Below are positions 1 through 8,367 of a DNA stretch of 64,000 nucleotides, in pieces. The number at the start of each line of letters is the position of its first letter. Within the stretch, counting starts at the first letter, position 1. Position numbers and translations under genes: made by a program. The DNA is taken from contig CBDCNI010000001.1 of assembly GCA_965219175.1 (NCBI GenBank), positions 94,026 through 158,025 on the forward strand, read 5' to 3'. Below the pieces are notes generated by a model, which ran no database searches, was not told the origin of the DNA, and was given only the letters and a program-made list of their open reading frames with translations. The DNA comes from Rubrobacteraceae bacterium. GTDB taxonomy: Bacteria; Actinomycetota; Rubrobacteria; Rubrobacterales; Rubrobacteraceae.

Positions 1-89
1 CTCCCGTTCCGGTTCGTGAGACCTCTATTACAGTTTATAGGTTCTCGAAGCGGATATAGTCGGACTCATAAGCTAGTAGGAGGTAAAAC

Positions 90-254
90 GTGAGCGGCAG
101 AGGAGTTTATATAGGCGGCACGCTGATCTCGATCGTGCTCTCCCTGGTTCTGTTCCTGCGGGGCAGGCGCAGCGAGGGTATCTTCGTCGGACTCTGGGCG
201 CCGACCATCCTGAACCTGGGCCAGGCCCTGGTGGACATGTCGGAGGACGACTAG
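90..254 (+). CDS. small hydrophobic protein (54 aa), below the ORF-track length cut-off
   Basis: GTG at 90 lies 5 nt after TAGGAGGT (77-84). Translation VSGRGVYIGGTLISIVLSLVLFLRGRRSEGIFVGLWAPTILNLGQALVDMSEDD contains a TM-like segment. Its TAG stop (252-254) shares the CTAG at 251-254 with the convergent mutL stop. Confidence 0.4.
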   Translation: MSGRGVYIGGTLISIVLSLVLFLRGRRSEGIFVGLWAPTILNLGQALVDMSEDD

Positions 255-1840
255 GCTCTACCGAACTCGCGGAGCATTTCCGCAAGCTTCACGCGCTTTA
301 CGATCGGTCGGCCGTGCGGGCAGATTGCCTTGAACTCGCACGCCGACCAGTCTTTTAACAAGGCTTCCATCTCTCCTATCGAGAGGTTCTCCCCGAACTT
401 CGTCGAACCTCGGCACGCCATAGCTTTCGCGAGGTCCTCTCCCCCGGCCAACGCCCCGAGAGCGGAGACCAGAGCCTCCCCGGCGTCAGTAACCGTCTCC
501 GGCGTCGCGAGAACGCGAACAGTATCTTCCCCGAATGGCTCGACCTCGAAGCCGAGCGCCTCCAACTCCACCTCGAAGTTCCACACTTCCGGCGCCAGGT
601 CTCCGGGCAGGTGGATAATTGCTGGACGAGGCAGAGGCCTGGCCGTGCCGCGCGGGTTCTCCGAGAGTCGTTCGTAGAGTATGCGTTCGTGGGCGCCGTG
701 CTGGTCGAGGATCACCAATTCGTCCCCTTCCTGGGCCAAAACGCACCGTCCGGCGAACTGGCCTATCAGGGTAAGCTCCGGGCTCGGCTCCTCATCCGGC
801 GAGGTTGAACCGTCTTCGTGTTCAGAGGAGAGGGCGGCACGTATGGCCCCAACAACCAGCGGATAAATCGAGCGTCCACCCCTCAGGCGAACGGCGCTCT
901 TTGCCGGATGAACGTTCACGTCGACCTCACCGGGGCCGAGTTCCAACCGCAGGAAAGCGGCCGGATTTCGCCCTTTAGGCAGTAGGTCCGCGTAGGCTCT
1001 GGCAATCGCCGGCGCGAAAGAGTCGTGCTCCACGATCCTACCGTTCACCGCAACGTGCAGGTAACGGCGGGTCGGGAAGCTGACGGAAAGAGGGCTCACG
1101 AAACCCCAGACGGTCTCGTCTCCCAGGAGTATCAGGCTCCGCGCCAACGCCAGGCCGTGGACCTGGGAGATCCGCTCCCGCAAGTCAGCGGCCGCCGGGA
1201 GCGACAACACGCCGCGCCTGTCCACGCGCAAAAAGAACCCGACCTCCGGACGGCTCAGGGCGAGCGATGAAACCACAGTAACGACGGCGTTGGTCTCCGA
1301 CCTTTCCGTACCCAAGAAACCCCGCCGCACCGGCAAATTCAAGAACAAGTCCCGCACTTCGACCGTCGTGCCGGGAGGGTGAGAAGCGGCGCCGCTCTCG
1401 ACCACTTCTCCGGCGAACACCCGGACGTGGGAGCCGCGATCCGCTCCAGGTTCGCAGGTCGTGAGTGCAAACGAAGAGACGGCTCCGATAGCGTGAAGAG
1501 CCTCGCCCCGGAAACCGAGAGAGGCTACGCTTGAGAGGTCGTCGGCGGTCTGTATCTTACTGGTAGCGTGCGCCTGAACCGCCCTCAGCGCATCCCCTCG
1601 CGACATCCCGGAGCCATCATCGCGCACCCGAATGAGCGAGACGCCGCCGCCCTCGATCTCGACTTCCACCCGCGAAGCCCCGGTATCCAGGGCGTTCTCG
1701 ACCAACTCCTTCACCGCGGAGGCGGGGCGTTCGATCACCTCGCCGGCGGCGATCCTGTGCGCCACCTCCGGCGGCAGTACCCGCACCCGACCGCCGTACT
1801 CCGCAGCTTCCTCGGAGACGAATTGCGGGAAGAGCTTCAA
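251..1840 (-). CDS. mutL: DNA mismatch repair endonuclease MutL
   Basis: GHKL ATPase N-terminus (IAAGEVIERPASAVKELVENALDTGA). C-terminal endonuclease motifs DQHGAHERI, ACRGS and CPHGRP. The longest ORF starts at TTG 1840; an alternative GTG at 1786 gives a more typical N-terminus. Confidence 0.95.
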   Translation of the reverse strand: MKLFPQFVSEEAAEYGGRVRVLPPEVAHRIAAGEVIERPASAVKELVENALDTGASRVEVEIEGGGVSLIRVRDDGSGMSRGDALRAVQAHATSKIQTADDLSSVASLGFRGEALHAIGAVSSFALTTCEPGADRGSHVRVFAGEVVESGAASHPPGTTVEVRDLFLNLPVRRGFLGTERSETNAVVTVVSSLALSRPEVGFFLRVDRRGVLSLPAAADLRERISQVHGLALARSLILLGDETVWGFVSPLSVSFPTRRYLHVAVNGRIVEHDSFAPAIARAYADLLPKGRNPAAFLRLELGPGEVDVNVHPAKSAVRLRGGRSIYPLVVGAIRAALSSEHEDGSTSPDEEPSPELTLIGQFAGRCVLAQEGDELVILDQHGAHERILYERLSENPRGTARPLPRPAIIHLPGDLAPEVWNFEVELEALGFEVEPFGEDTVRVLATPETVTDAGEALVSALGALAGGEDLAKAMACRGSTKFGENLSIGEMEALLKDWSACEFKAICPHGRPIVKRVKLAEMLREFGRA

Positions 1841-2274
1841 GGCCGCACTCTTTCCGGCAGCAAATCGAAGTCTTCATCCTCCGCAGCTTGACGCAGCCGG
1901 TTGTCCAGACAGACGAAGCTCGACTCTTCCGTATCTCCCTCACACCAACGGAGCGCCGCGGCGAGTTGGAGACAGTCGGCGGCCTTTAGTGAATGAGTTT
2001 TTGAGGCCAGCATCGCAAGTAGGCGCAGACCTTCATTTGGATCGACCTCTAACCAATCGGCGGATAATTGGTCAAGTGCCCTGCGAGCCTCTTCTTCTCC
2101 CATTTCGGTCAGTTTGTTTTCTCGTTTGAGACGGCTGATCGCGACCGAGCATTCGATCCACGTTCCCCACCAAACTGCTACATCGGCGTCTTCTCTCAGG
2201 AGGCTCGTGACGGTGTCGGAGAATTTCTCTTCAGAGAACAAAGGCAACAACGCGGAGCTGTCCCAGAACCTCAA
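1837..2274 (-). CDS. vapC: PIN-domain ribonuclease toxin (VapC-like)
   Basis: 145 aa. An N-terminal acidic residue sits in RFWDSSALLPL, with later acidic positions (WIECSVA, AADCLQLAAAL, FVCLDNRL) spaced as in PIN domains. A small upstream partner ORF is present. TTG start. Confidence 0.8.
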   Translation of the reverse strand: MRFWDSSALLPLFSEEKFSDTVTSLLREDADVAVWWGTWIECSVAISRLKRENKLTEMGEEEARRALDQLSADWLEVDPNEGLRLLAMLASKTHSLKAADCLQLAAALRWCEGDTEESSFVCLDNRLRQAAEDEDFDLLPERVRP

Positions 2275-2280
2275 TACTCG

Positions 2281-2475
2281 CTAACGGCCTTCTTCGCGGT
2301 CTTCGAGGAGTGCCTCAAGCAAAGAGCCATCTGTTATCTTCGGCTTTGGCAGCTTCCAGAATTCTTCGGATACTTTGCCGGTCCCCTTCCGCGTTGGGGG
2401 TGGACCAGAACGCATCAACCGCTCTTTCAATTCCTGCTCTTCGGGTGTCAGGCGCATTTTCTTCTGTTCGCTCAT
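2281..2475 (-). CDS. small antitoxin-like protein paired with the PIN toxin
   Basis: 64 aa, charged, ending 6 nt before the PIN ORF start on the same strand. The size and position are typical of VapB-type antitoxins. I recognise no specific fold. Confidence 0.55.
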   Translation of the reverse strand: MSEQKKMRLTPEEQELKERLMRSGPPPTRKGTGKVSEEFWKLPKPKITDGSLLEALLEDREEGR

Positions 2476-2497
2476 GCCATTATCCTAACATCCTGGC

Positions 2498-4852
2498 CTA
2501 TCCCGCGAAGTCCTTGACACCCTCGCTCTCCAGGCGACCCAGGATCTCCCCGGCACGCTCCGTTACCCGTGGCGGCAGACCGGCGAGCCTTGCTACGTGG
2601 ACGCCGTAGGAGGAGGACTCGGCGCCTTCTTCGATCCGGTGCAGGAAAATGATCTCACCTCCGACCTCCTCCACACTCGCCTTGTAGTTTCGGCAACCGG
2701 GCAGGATGCCTGAGAGGCGCGTCAACTCATGGTAATGGGTGGCGAAGAAGGTCATGGCCTGCACGTCGTCGTGGAGATACTCGGCGATGGCCCAGGCCAG
2801 GCTCATCCCGTCGTAAGTCGAGGTGCCGCGCCCGACCTCGTCCAGGATCACCAGGCTCCTTTCAGTGGCGCTGTTCAGGATGCTCGCCGCCTCGGTCATC
2901 TCGACCATGAACGTCGACTCGCCGCTCGCCAGCCGGTCTTCGGCCCCGACGCGGGTGAAGATCCTATCCACGACCCCGAGAGTAGCCTTGTCGGCCGGGA
3001 CGTAGGAGCCGGTCTGGGCGAGGAGGGTTACGAGGGCGACCTGGCGGAGGTAGACGGACTTTCCGGCCATGTTTGGGCCGGTGATGATCTGTAACCGCGA
3101 AGAACCGTCTATCTCCGTGTCGTTCGGCACGAACGGCGTATCGGTGGCGTGCTCCACGACCGGATGACGCCCGCCGGAGACCCTGACGCCCCGCTCCTCC
3201 GTGACCTCGGGCCGGCAGAGGCGCAACTCGGTCGCCGCAGCGGCGAAGGAGGCGACAACGTCCACGACGGCGACGGCTCGCGCTATCCTCTGGAGCTGCG
3301 GGGCGGCGCCCTTTACGGCCGCCCGGACCTCGCCGAGTATCTGCCGCTCCAGCCGATCTACTTCGTCGCGCGCCCCGAGCATCCGCGATTCGTGCTCCTT
3401 TAGCTCCGTAGTGACGTAGCGGGCGTTGTGCTTGAGAGCTTTTCGGTGCTGGTAGCGCTCCGGTACAGAGCCCGTATCCTTGCCCGCTATCTCTATAAAG
3501 TACCCTTCGCCGTCCCGGTAGCCGACCTTGAGGGATTTGATGCCGCTCTTGAGGCGCTCCTCGGCCTCGAAGCGGGTCAGCCACTCGTGGGCGCCGTCCC
3601 GGAACTCGCGGGCCTCGTCCAACTCGGAGGAGTAGCCGGGCTTTATGGTCTCGCCGCTCTCCTCGGAGATGGCGATGGAGATCAACTCTCGCACCCCCGG
3701 CGGCTCTTCCATCGCCCCGAGCGTGCGACCGATCAGGGAACTCTGTTCAGCGGCGGAAGAGAGCGCTTCCTTGAGCGGCCCGATGGCTTCGAGGGCGCTA
3801 CCTAGTGAGAGGAGGTCGTTCGGCGAGGCGGAGAGCCGGACTATCCTGGTGGCTATACGCTCTATGTCCGGCACGGTGCCTAGCAGCTCGCGGGACTCCT
3901 CGCGCAGCATGTAGTCCGAGGAGAGCGCGTCCACAGCCGAGAGCCGCTGCTCTATGCGTTCGATCTCCAGCAGCGGACGCTCCAGCCAGCGCCGGATCGC
4001 CCGCCCGCCCATCGGGGTGCGGGTCCGGTCTATGGTCTCCACCAAATCGTCGAGGCCGAGGTTGCGGCGGGTTGCGGCGTCCAGGAGCATCCCGGAACCG
4101 GGATCGTAGGGCCGGAAGGACACGACTTGCTCCGGCGGACTACCACCGCGCAGGGAGGCGAGGTACTGGATCAAAGCGCCCGCAGCACCTACGAGCGCCC
4201 TCTTCCCTTCGAGCCCGAAACCCTTCAAGTTCGAGACCCCAAAGTGCTTCTTTAACGACTGCTCCCCGGCCGACGGCTCGAAGGTCCAGCGTGGGGCGGA
4301 GCTTACGGTCGCCCGCGCTTTGGGCAGGTCTTCGGCGGCGGTCCGCTCGGGGACCACCAGCTCTTTGGGAGACCAGCGTTCCAGCTCCGCTGGGACCGCT
4401 TTCTCGGGGACTTCGGTGCCGGTGAACTCGCCGGTCGAGGCTTCGACGACGGCTATCCCTGCGGTCCCGTCGCGCACGACGACTGCGGCCAGGTAGTTCG
4501 CCTGCCCGGCGGAGAGTACGCCGTCCTCTATGACGGTGCCGGGCGTGAGGATGCGTGAGATCTCACGGGTAAACTGCTTCGGTTTGGTCGGGTGCGGCCG
4601 CTGCTCGGCTACGGCGACGGAATGGCCTTTCCTGAGGAGCGTCGCCAGGTGCTCTTGGAGAGAGTGGGCCGGGACTCCGGCTAGGGGGATGCGGCCTTCA
4701 CCGGCGGCTTCGCGGGAGGTCAGGCGGATAGAGAGCGCCTGGGAGATCTTCTTCGCGTCCTCCTCGAAGGTCTCGAAGAACGTCCCGACCTGGTAGAAGA
4801 GGATCGTCCCCGGCGGCAACTGCGCCTTCAGCTCTGCGTGTCTTCCCATCAT
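2498..4852 (-). CDS. mutS: DNA mismatch repair protein MutS
   Basis: N-terminal mismatch-binding motif (ILFYQVGTFFETFEEDA), Walker A GPNMAGKS, STFMVEM and DEVGRGTSTYDG. Confidence 0.95.
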   Translation of the reverse strand: MMGRHAELKAQLPPGTILFYQVGTFFETFEEDAKKISQALSIRLTSREAAGEGRIPLAGVPAHSLQEHLATLLRKGHSVAVAEQRPHPTKPKQFTREISRILTPGTVIEDGVLSAGQANYLAAVVVRDGTAGIAVVEASTGEFTGTEVPEKAVPAELERWSPKELVVPERTAAEDLPKARATVSSAPRWTFEPSAGEQSLKKHFGVSNLKGFGLEGKRALVGAAGALIQYLASLRGGSPPEQVVSFRPYDPGSGMLLDAATRRNLGLDDLVETIDRTRTPMGGRAIRRWLERPLLEIERIEQRLSAVDALSSDYMLREESRELLGTVPDIERIATRIVRLSASPNDLLSLGSALEAIGPLKEALSSAAEQSSLIGRTLGAMEEPPGVRELISIAISEESGETIKPGYSSELDEAREFRDGAHEWLTRFEAEERLKSGIKSLKVGYRDGEGYFIEIAGKDTGSVPERYQHRKALKHNARYVTTELKEHESRMLGARDEVDRLERQILGEVRAAVKGAAPQLQRIARAVAVVDVVASFAAAATELRLCRPEVTEERGVRVSGGRHPVVEHATDTPFVPNDTEIDGSSRLQIITGPNMAGKSVYLRQVALVTLLAQTGSYVPADKATLGVVDRIFTRVGAEDRLASGESTFMVEMTEAASILNSATERSLVILDEVGRGTSTYDGMSLAWAIAEYLHDDVQAMTFFATHYHELTRLSGILPGCRNYKASVEEVGGEIIFLHRIEEGAESSSYGVHVARLAGLPPRVTERAGEILGRLESEGVKDFAG

Positions 4853-4861
4853 GAGACTATT

Positions 4862-5815
4862 CTACGGCGCGGTACCGTCCCCGTCAGCCCCGGACTTTTT
4901 CCCGCTGGTCTTGTAGAGGGAAGCCAGGATGGATCCAGTCACGACGATGGCTATGAAGGAGAGCGAGATCCAGATAGGCACCTTCCCGAAGAGCCCCGAG
5001 TAGATGAACTTGGCGCCGACGAAGATGAGGACTACCGAGAGCCCTACACTCAGGTAAACGAAACGCTCCATCATCCCGGCCAGCATAAAGTACAGCGGCC
5101 TCAAGCCCAACACCGCGAAGGCGTTGGCCGACCACACGACGAAGACACTCGACGTTATGGCGAAGATCGCCGGGATGGAGTCAACGGCGAAGACCAGGTC
5201 TGTTGTACCTATGACGATGATGACCGCGAAGAGCGGTGTTGCGAGGAGCTTGCCCGCGTGGCGGACGAAGAAATTCTCGCCCTGGAACTCCGGCGTCATC
5301 GGGACCAGCCGCCGCACCAGCCGGAGGACTGGGTTCCGCTCCGGGTGGACCTCCGCGTCCTGGTGGAAGGCCATACGGATGCCGGTGTAGATCAAGAACG
5401 CCCCAAATGCGTAGACCATCCACTCATAGCGCTCCAGAAGCTCCGCCCCGACCGCGATAAAAGCCCCGCGCAGCACCAGCGCCCCGACTATCCCCCAGAA
5501 CAGGACCCGCGACTGGTGGCGGAGCGGTACGGCGAAGTAGCTGAAGATCAGGGCGAACACGAACACGTTGTCCACCGAGAGGCTCCGCTCCACAATGTAT
5601 CCGGTGATGTACTCACCCCCCCGAACCGGCCCGGCCACGAGGAACACGACCCCGCCGAACAACAGGGCGACAAGGATCCAGAACACACTCAATCCCGTCG
5701 CCCGGCGGAAGGACATCTCCCGTCCTTTCCGGCTGAAAACAAGCAAATCGAGCACGAAAAAGGCCAGGAGCAAAACGGTAAACCCGACCCACGCCCACAA
5801 GGGAAAGACCGTCAC
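4862..5815 (-). CDS. TerC family integral membrane protein
   Basis: TerC-like sequence (YIVERSLSVDNVFVFALIF, DLVFAVDSIPAIFAIT) with multiple TM segments. I prefer the GTG start at 5815 (VTVFPLWAWVGF...). The ORF-track version extends to a TTG at 5947 with an Arg/Gly-rich, non-protein-like extension. Confidence 0.85.
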   Translation of the reverse strand: MTVFPLWAWVGFTVLLLAFFVLDLLVFSRKGREMSFRRATGLSVFWILVALLFGGVVFLVAGPVRGGEYITGYIVERSLSVDNVFVFALIFSYFAVPLRHQSRVLFWGIVGALVLRGAFIAVGAELLERYEWMVYAFGAFLIYTGIRMAFHQDAEVHPERNPVLRLVRRLVPMTPEFQGENFFVRHAGKLLATPLFAVIIVIGTTDLVFAVDSIPAIFAITSSVFVVWSANAFAVLGLRPLYFMLAGMMERFVYLSVGLSVVLIFVGAKFIYSGLFGKVPIWISLSFIAIVVTGSILASLYKTSGKKSGADGDGTAP

Positions 5816-5940
5816 GAGTCTCCCCCCTCGACCGAAGAGCAGCCCCCGATACCTCCGGTCCACCCCCAAAACAACGAAACATCCTGCGCGTAAGCACTCC
5901 GGAACGGGCGGAGTTCGCCCTCTAACCTGGCTCTGTGCAT
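5812..5940 (-). CDS. possible 42-codon leader ORF between riboswitch and TerC
   Basis: ATG at 5940 lies 7 nt after GAAAGGAG (complement of 5948-5955). Its TGA stop (5814-5812) overlaps the TerC GTG (5815-5813) as GTGA. My hand count gives third-position G+C of about 30/42 in this frame, against about 27/45 in the TerC-extension frame. Confidence 0.3.
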   Translation of the reverse strand: MHRARLEGELRPFRSAYAQDVSLFWGWTGGIGGCSSVEGGDS

Positions 5941-5994
5941 GACCCAACTCCTTTCGGACGGGCCGCGGAAAAGACTAAAGCGAGCCCACCGCGG

Positions 5995-6125
5995 CTTATT
6001 CTCGCCTGCGTTGGTCTCGCTCGTTGTGCCACAGCACAGGTGACCGGCCGGGAGTCTAGCTCCGTACTGACGACCGATCCTCCCGCCTCGTATACCACGC
6101 TGCGGGCGGCTACTCCCCAATAACC
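5995..6125 (-). promoter_or_regulatory. yybP-ykoY (Mn2+) riboswitch aptamer
   Basis: The minus strand reads UUGGGGAGUAGCC (complement of 6110-6118 is GGGGAGUAG) and later CGAGCGAGACCAACG (GAGACC is the complement of 6013-6018). These are the two conserved loop signatures of this class. It sits upstream of a TerC-family gene, a classic genomic context. Confidence 0.65.
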
Positions 6126-6216
6126 GAACTCTACCCGGAAAACACCCCGCCGTCAACGAGGCGGGCCGCGAGGCAGTATCATCCGGCTCCCGCAACTATG
6201 AAAAAGGAGGATCAGG

Positions 6217-7146
6217 ATGAGCCCAACGCCGGTAATAATGGATGTTGACCCCGGACACGACGACGCGGTGGCCCTGATGCTCGCCTGCGGGTCCCCGAAA
6301 CTGGACCTCCTGGCGGTCACCACGGTCGCCGGGAACGTGACACTGGATAAGACCACCCGCAACGCTCTACGAATACTATCCCTGATCGGACGCACCGACG
6401 TACCCGTGGCGGCTGGAGCCTCGTCCCCGCTGGAGCGCTCCCTCGTCACCGCCGAGGATATCCACGGCGAGAGCGGCCTCGATGGGCCGGAGATACCCGA
6501 AGCGACGTTCGAGCCCGACGAACGCGGCGCTGTCCAACTGATGGCCGATACGCTCGGGTCCGCACCGGAGCCCGTCACCCTTGTTCCGACGGGCCCGCTC
6601 ACGAACGTCGCCCTCCTGCTCCGCGAGCATCCCGACCTGAAAGACAACATAACCCACGTTTCGTTGATGGGTGGGAGCATAGGTCTCGGCAACACCACAC
6701 CCGCCGCCGAGTTCAACATCTACGTGGATCCCGAGGCCGCCCGCGAGGTCTTCGAGTCGGGGTTGAGGATCACCATGTCCGGGCTCGACGTTACCCACCA
6801 GGCAGGAGCGGGCCCGGAGGAGCGAGAACGCCTCAGAGCCTCGGGACGGCTCGGTGAGGTGGTAGCGGGCTTCCTGGAGTTCTTCGCCGCTACTTACGAG
6901 GATACTTTCGGCTTCGACGCCCCACCGCTACACGACCCGGTCGCGGTCGCGGCAGTGCTGAGGTCGACCCTCCTGAAGACGCGTCCGATGCGGGTAGATA
7001 TAGAGTGCGAAGGAACACTTACCCGCGGTGAAACCGTCTGCGACTTCCACGGCATAACCGGCAAACCGCCGAACGCGGAGGTTGGGGTGGAGCTGGATAG
7101 AGAAGGGTTTTTCGGTCTCCTGTGCGAAGCTTTGGGGCGCCTCTAG
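6217..7146 (+). CDS. nucleoside hydrolase (inosine/uridine-preferring family)
   Basis: N-terminal DVDPGHDDAVALMLA aspartate cluster, AGNV, and the later PAAEFNIYVDPEAA motif. Confidence 0.9.
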   Translation: MSPTPVIMDVDPGHDDAVALMLACGSPKLDLLAVTTVAGNVTLDKTTRNALRILSLIGRTDVPVAAGASSPLERSLVTAEDIHGESGLDGPEIPEATFEPDERGAVQLMADTLGSAPEPVTLVPTGPLTNVALLLREHPDLKDNITHVSLMGGSIGLGNTTPAAEFNIYVDPEAAREVFESGLRITMSGLDVTHQAGAGPEERERLRASGRLGEVVAGFLEFFAATYEDTFGFDAPPLHDPVAVAAVLRSTLLKTRPMRVDIECEGTLTRGETVCDFHGITGKPPNAEVGVELDREGFFGLLCEALGRL

Positions 7147-7703
7147 AAGTCTCCGGTCGGGGGACTTTTCTTGTCGCGAGAACGTCGGAGGAGTGGGATC
7201 TTGGACGGTTTCGGAAAGGGGACCTCGCTGATCATCAGCAAGCCGAGGAACAGGACGGAGACCAGCACGAAGGCTTGAGGGAGGTCCAGGACCGCGAGCC
7301 CGGCGAGCACCACCCCGGCCGGCGGTATGGGAAGACCGATGAAGTATTCCGGGCTCTTGACCAGCGGGAAGCGGGCCAGGCGCAGGGTGCCGCACGTAAC
7401 GTAGAAGAGACACACCGCGACACCTATCACCGGCAACGCATGGAGCGACGAGGATAGGTAGAGGGCGACGGCGGGGGCTGCGCCGAAGGAGACGAAGTCC
7501 GCCAGGGAATCCAGGTTGATACCGAACTCGCCCTCCGTGTCGCTGGAGCGGGCCACGGCCCCGTCGAGCAGGTCAAACCCCGCTGCTACGAGGATAAAGA
7601 TGGCGGCCTGAACAAACCTCCCCTGAACGGCGAGGAGCACGGCCAGAAACCCAGCCGCCAGGTTGGCGCAGGTAATGAGGGTGGGCAGCGGGGAGATTTT
7701 CAC
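7143..7703 (-). CDS. pssA: CDP-diacylglycerol--serine O-phosphatidyltransferase
   Basis: CDP-alcohol phosphatidyltransferase motif DLLDGAVAR...GINLDSLADFVSFG. GTG at 7703 follows the psd stop by 1 nt. The ORF-track N-terminal extension overlaps psd and looks non-coding. Confidence 0.85.
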   Translation of the reverse strand: MKISPLPTLITCANLAAGFLAVLLAVQGRFVQAAIFILVAAGFDLLDGAVARSSDTEGEFGINLDSLADFVSFGAAPAVALYLSSSLHALPVIGVAVCLFYVTCGTLRLARFPLVKSPEYFIGLPIPPAGVVLAGLAVLDLPQAFVLVSVLFLGLLMISEVPFPKPSKIPLLRRSRDKKSPPTGDF

Positions 7704-7704
7704 G

Positions 7705-8367
7705 TCAGCGGACGTCGCGGTAGCGGGCGATGGGCGTAAGGCCGGCCCGGACGCGCTCGCCGGGGGCCACGAGGAACTCGACCTCACCCGGAGGGAACAG
7801 CACGTCCGTACGGGATCCGAAGTGGATCAGTCCTATCCTCTCGCCGGTGGCTACGCTCTGTCCCTCCTCGATCCAGGGTGAGATGCGGCGGGCGATCATA
7901 CCCGCCCGCTGCACCACGACGAATGATCCTCGCGCTCCGCTGATCAGGGTCCGGTTGCTGTAGTTGTCCTCCACGCCGCCGAAGAGCGCCGGCGAAAACC
8001 CACCCTCGCTTTGCTCCATCTTCTCTACGCTGCCCGCGAACGGGCTCCGGTTGACGTGGACGTTGTGCAGGTTGAGGAAGACGCTCACGCGCTCGGCGCG
8101 CCCGCCAGGCAACCAGGGCTCATCCACCTCGTCAACCGCCGTCACCAGACCGTCGGCGGCAGCGTAGGCCACGCCTGATTCCGCCTCCAGGCGCCGCTCC
8201 GGGTCCCGGAAAAAAAGTAGCCCGAGTGCCGCCGCCCCGAGCGAGAACCAACCGGCCCGACGGAGCAGGGGCCGTCCAGTAACCAGGCCGACGAGCAAAG
8301 ACACCGCTCCCAGGACCATGGGCCAGAGCACGTAACGTCGGGCTACCATCCAGCTCCGGCGGGTCAT
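7705..8367 (-). CDS. psd: phosphatidylserine decarboxylase proenzyme (short form)
   Basis: LNLHNVHVNRSP and the GSRTD self-cleavage (G-S) site near the C-terminus, with an N-terminal TM segment. Confidence 0.9.
   Translation of the reverse strand: MTRRSWMVARRYVLWPMVLGAVSLLVGLVTGRPLLRRAGWFSLGAAALGLLFFRDPERRLEAESGVAYAAADGLVTAVDEVDEPWLPGGRAERVSVFLNLHNVHVNRSPFAGSVEKMEQSEGGFSPALFGGVEDNYSNRTLISGARGSFVVVQRAGMIARRISPWIEEGQSVATGERIGLIHFGSRTDVLFPPGEVEFLVAPGERVRAGLTPIARYRDVR

Noticed and set aside
2964-4425. Several 200-aa ORFs (2964-3584 minus, 3805-4425 plus) inside mutS
   Set aside because: They overlap the conserved MutS reading frame and have Arg/Pro/Gly-rich high-GC shadow-ORF composition.
5816-5947. 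TTG-initiated long form of TerC
   Set aside because: TTG 5947 lies directly against the SD with no spacer. The added 44 residues are Arg/Gly-rich, and TerC homology begins at the GTG 5815 region. It is kept only as an alternative in the uORF finding.
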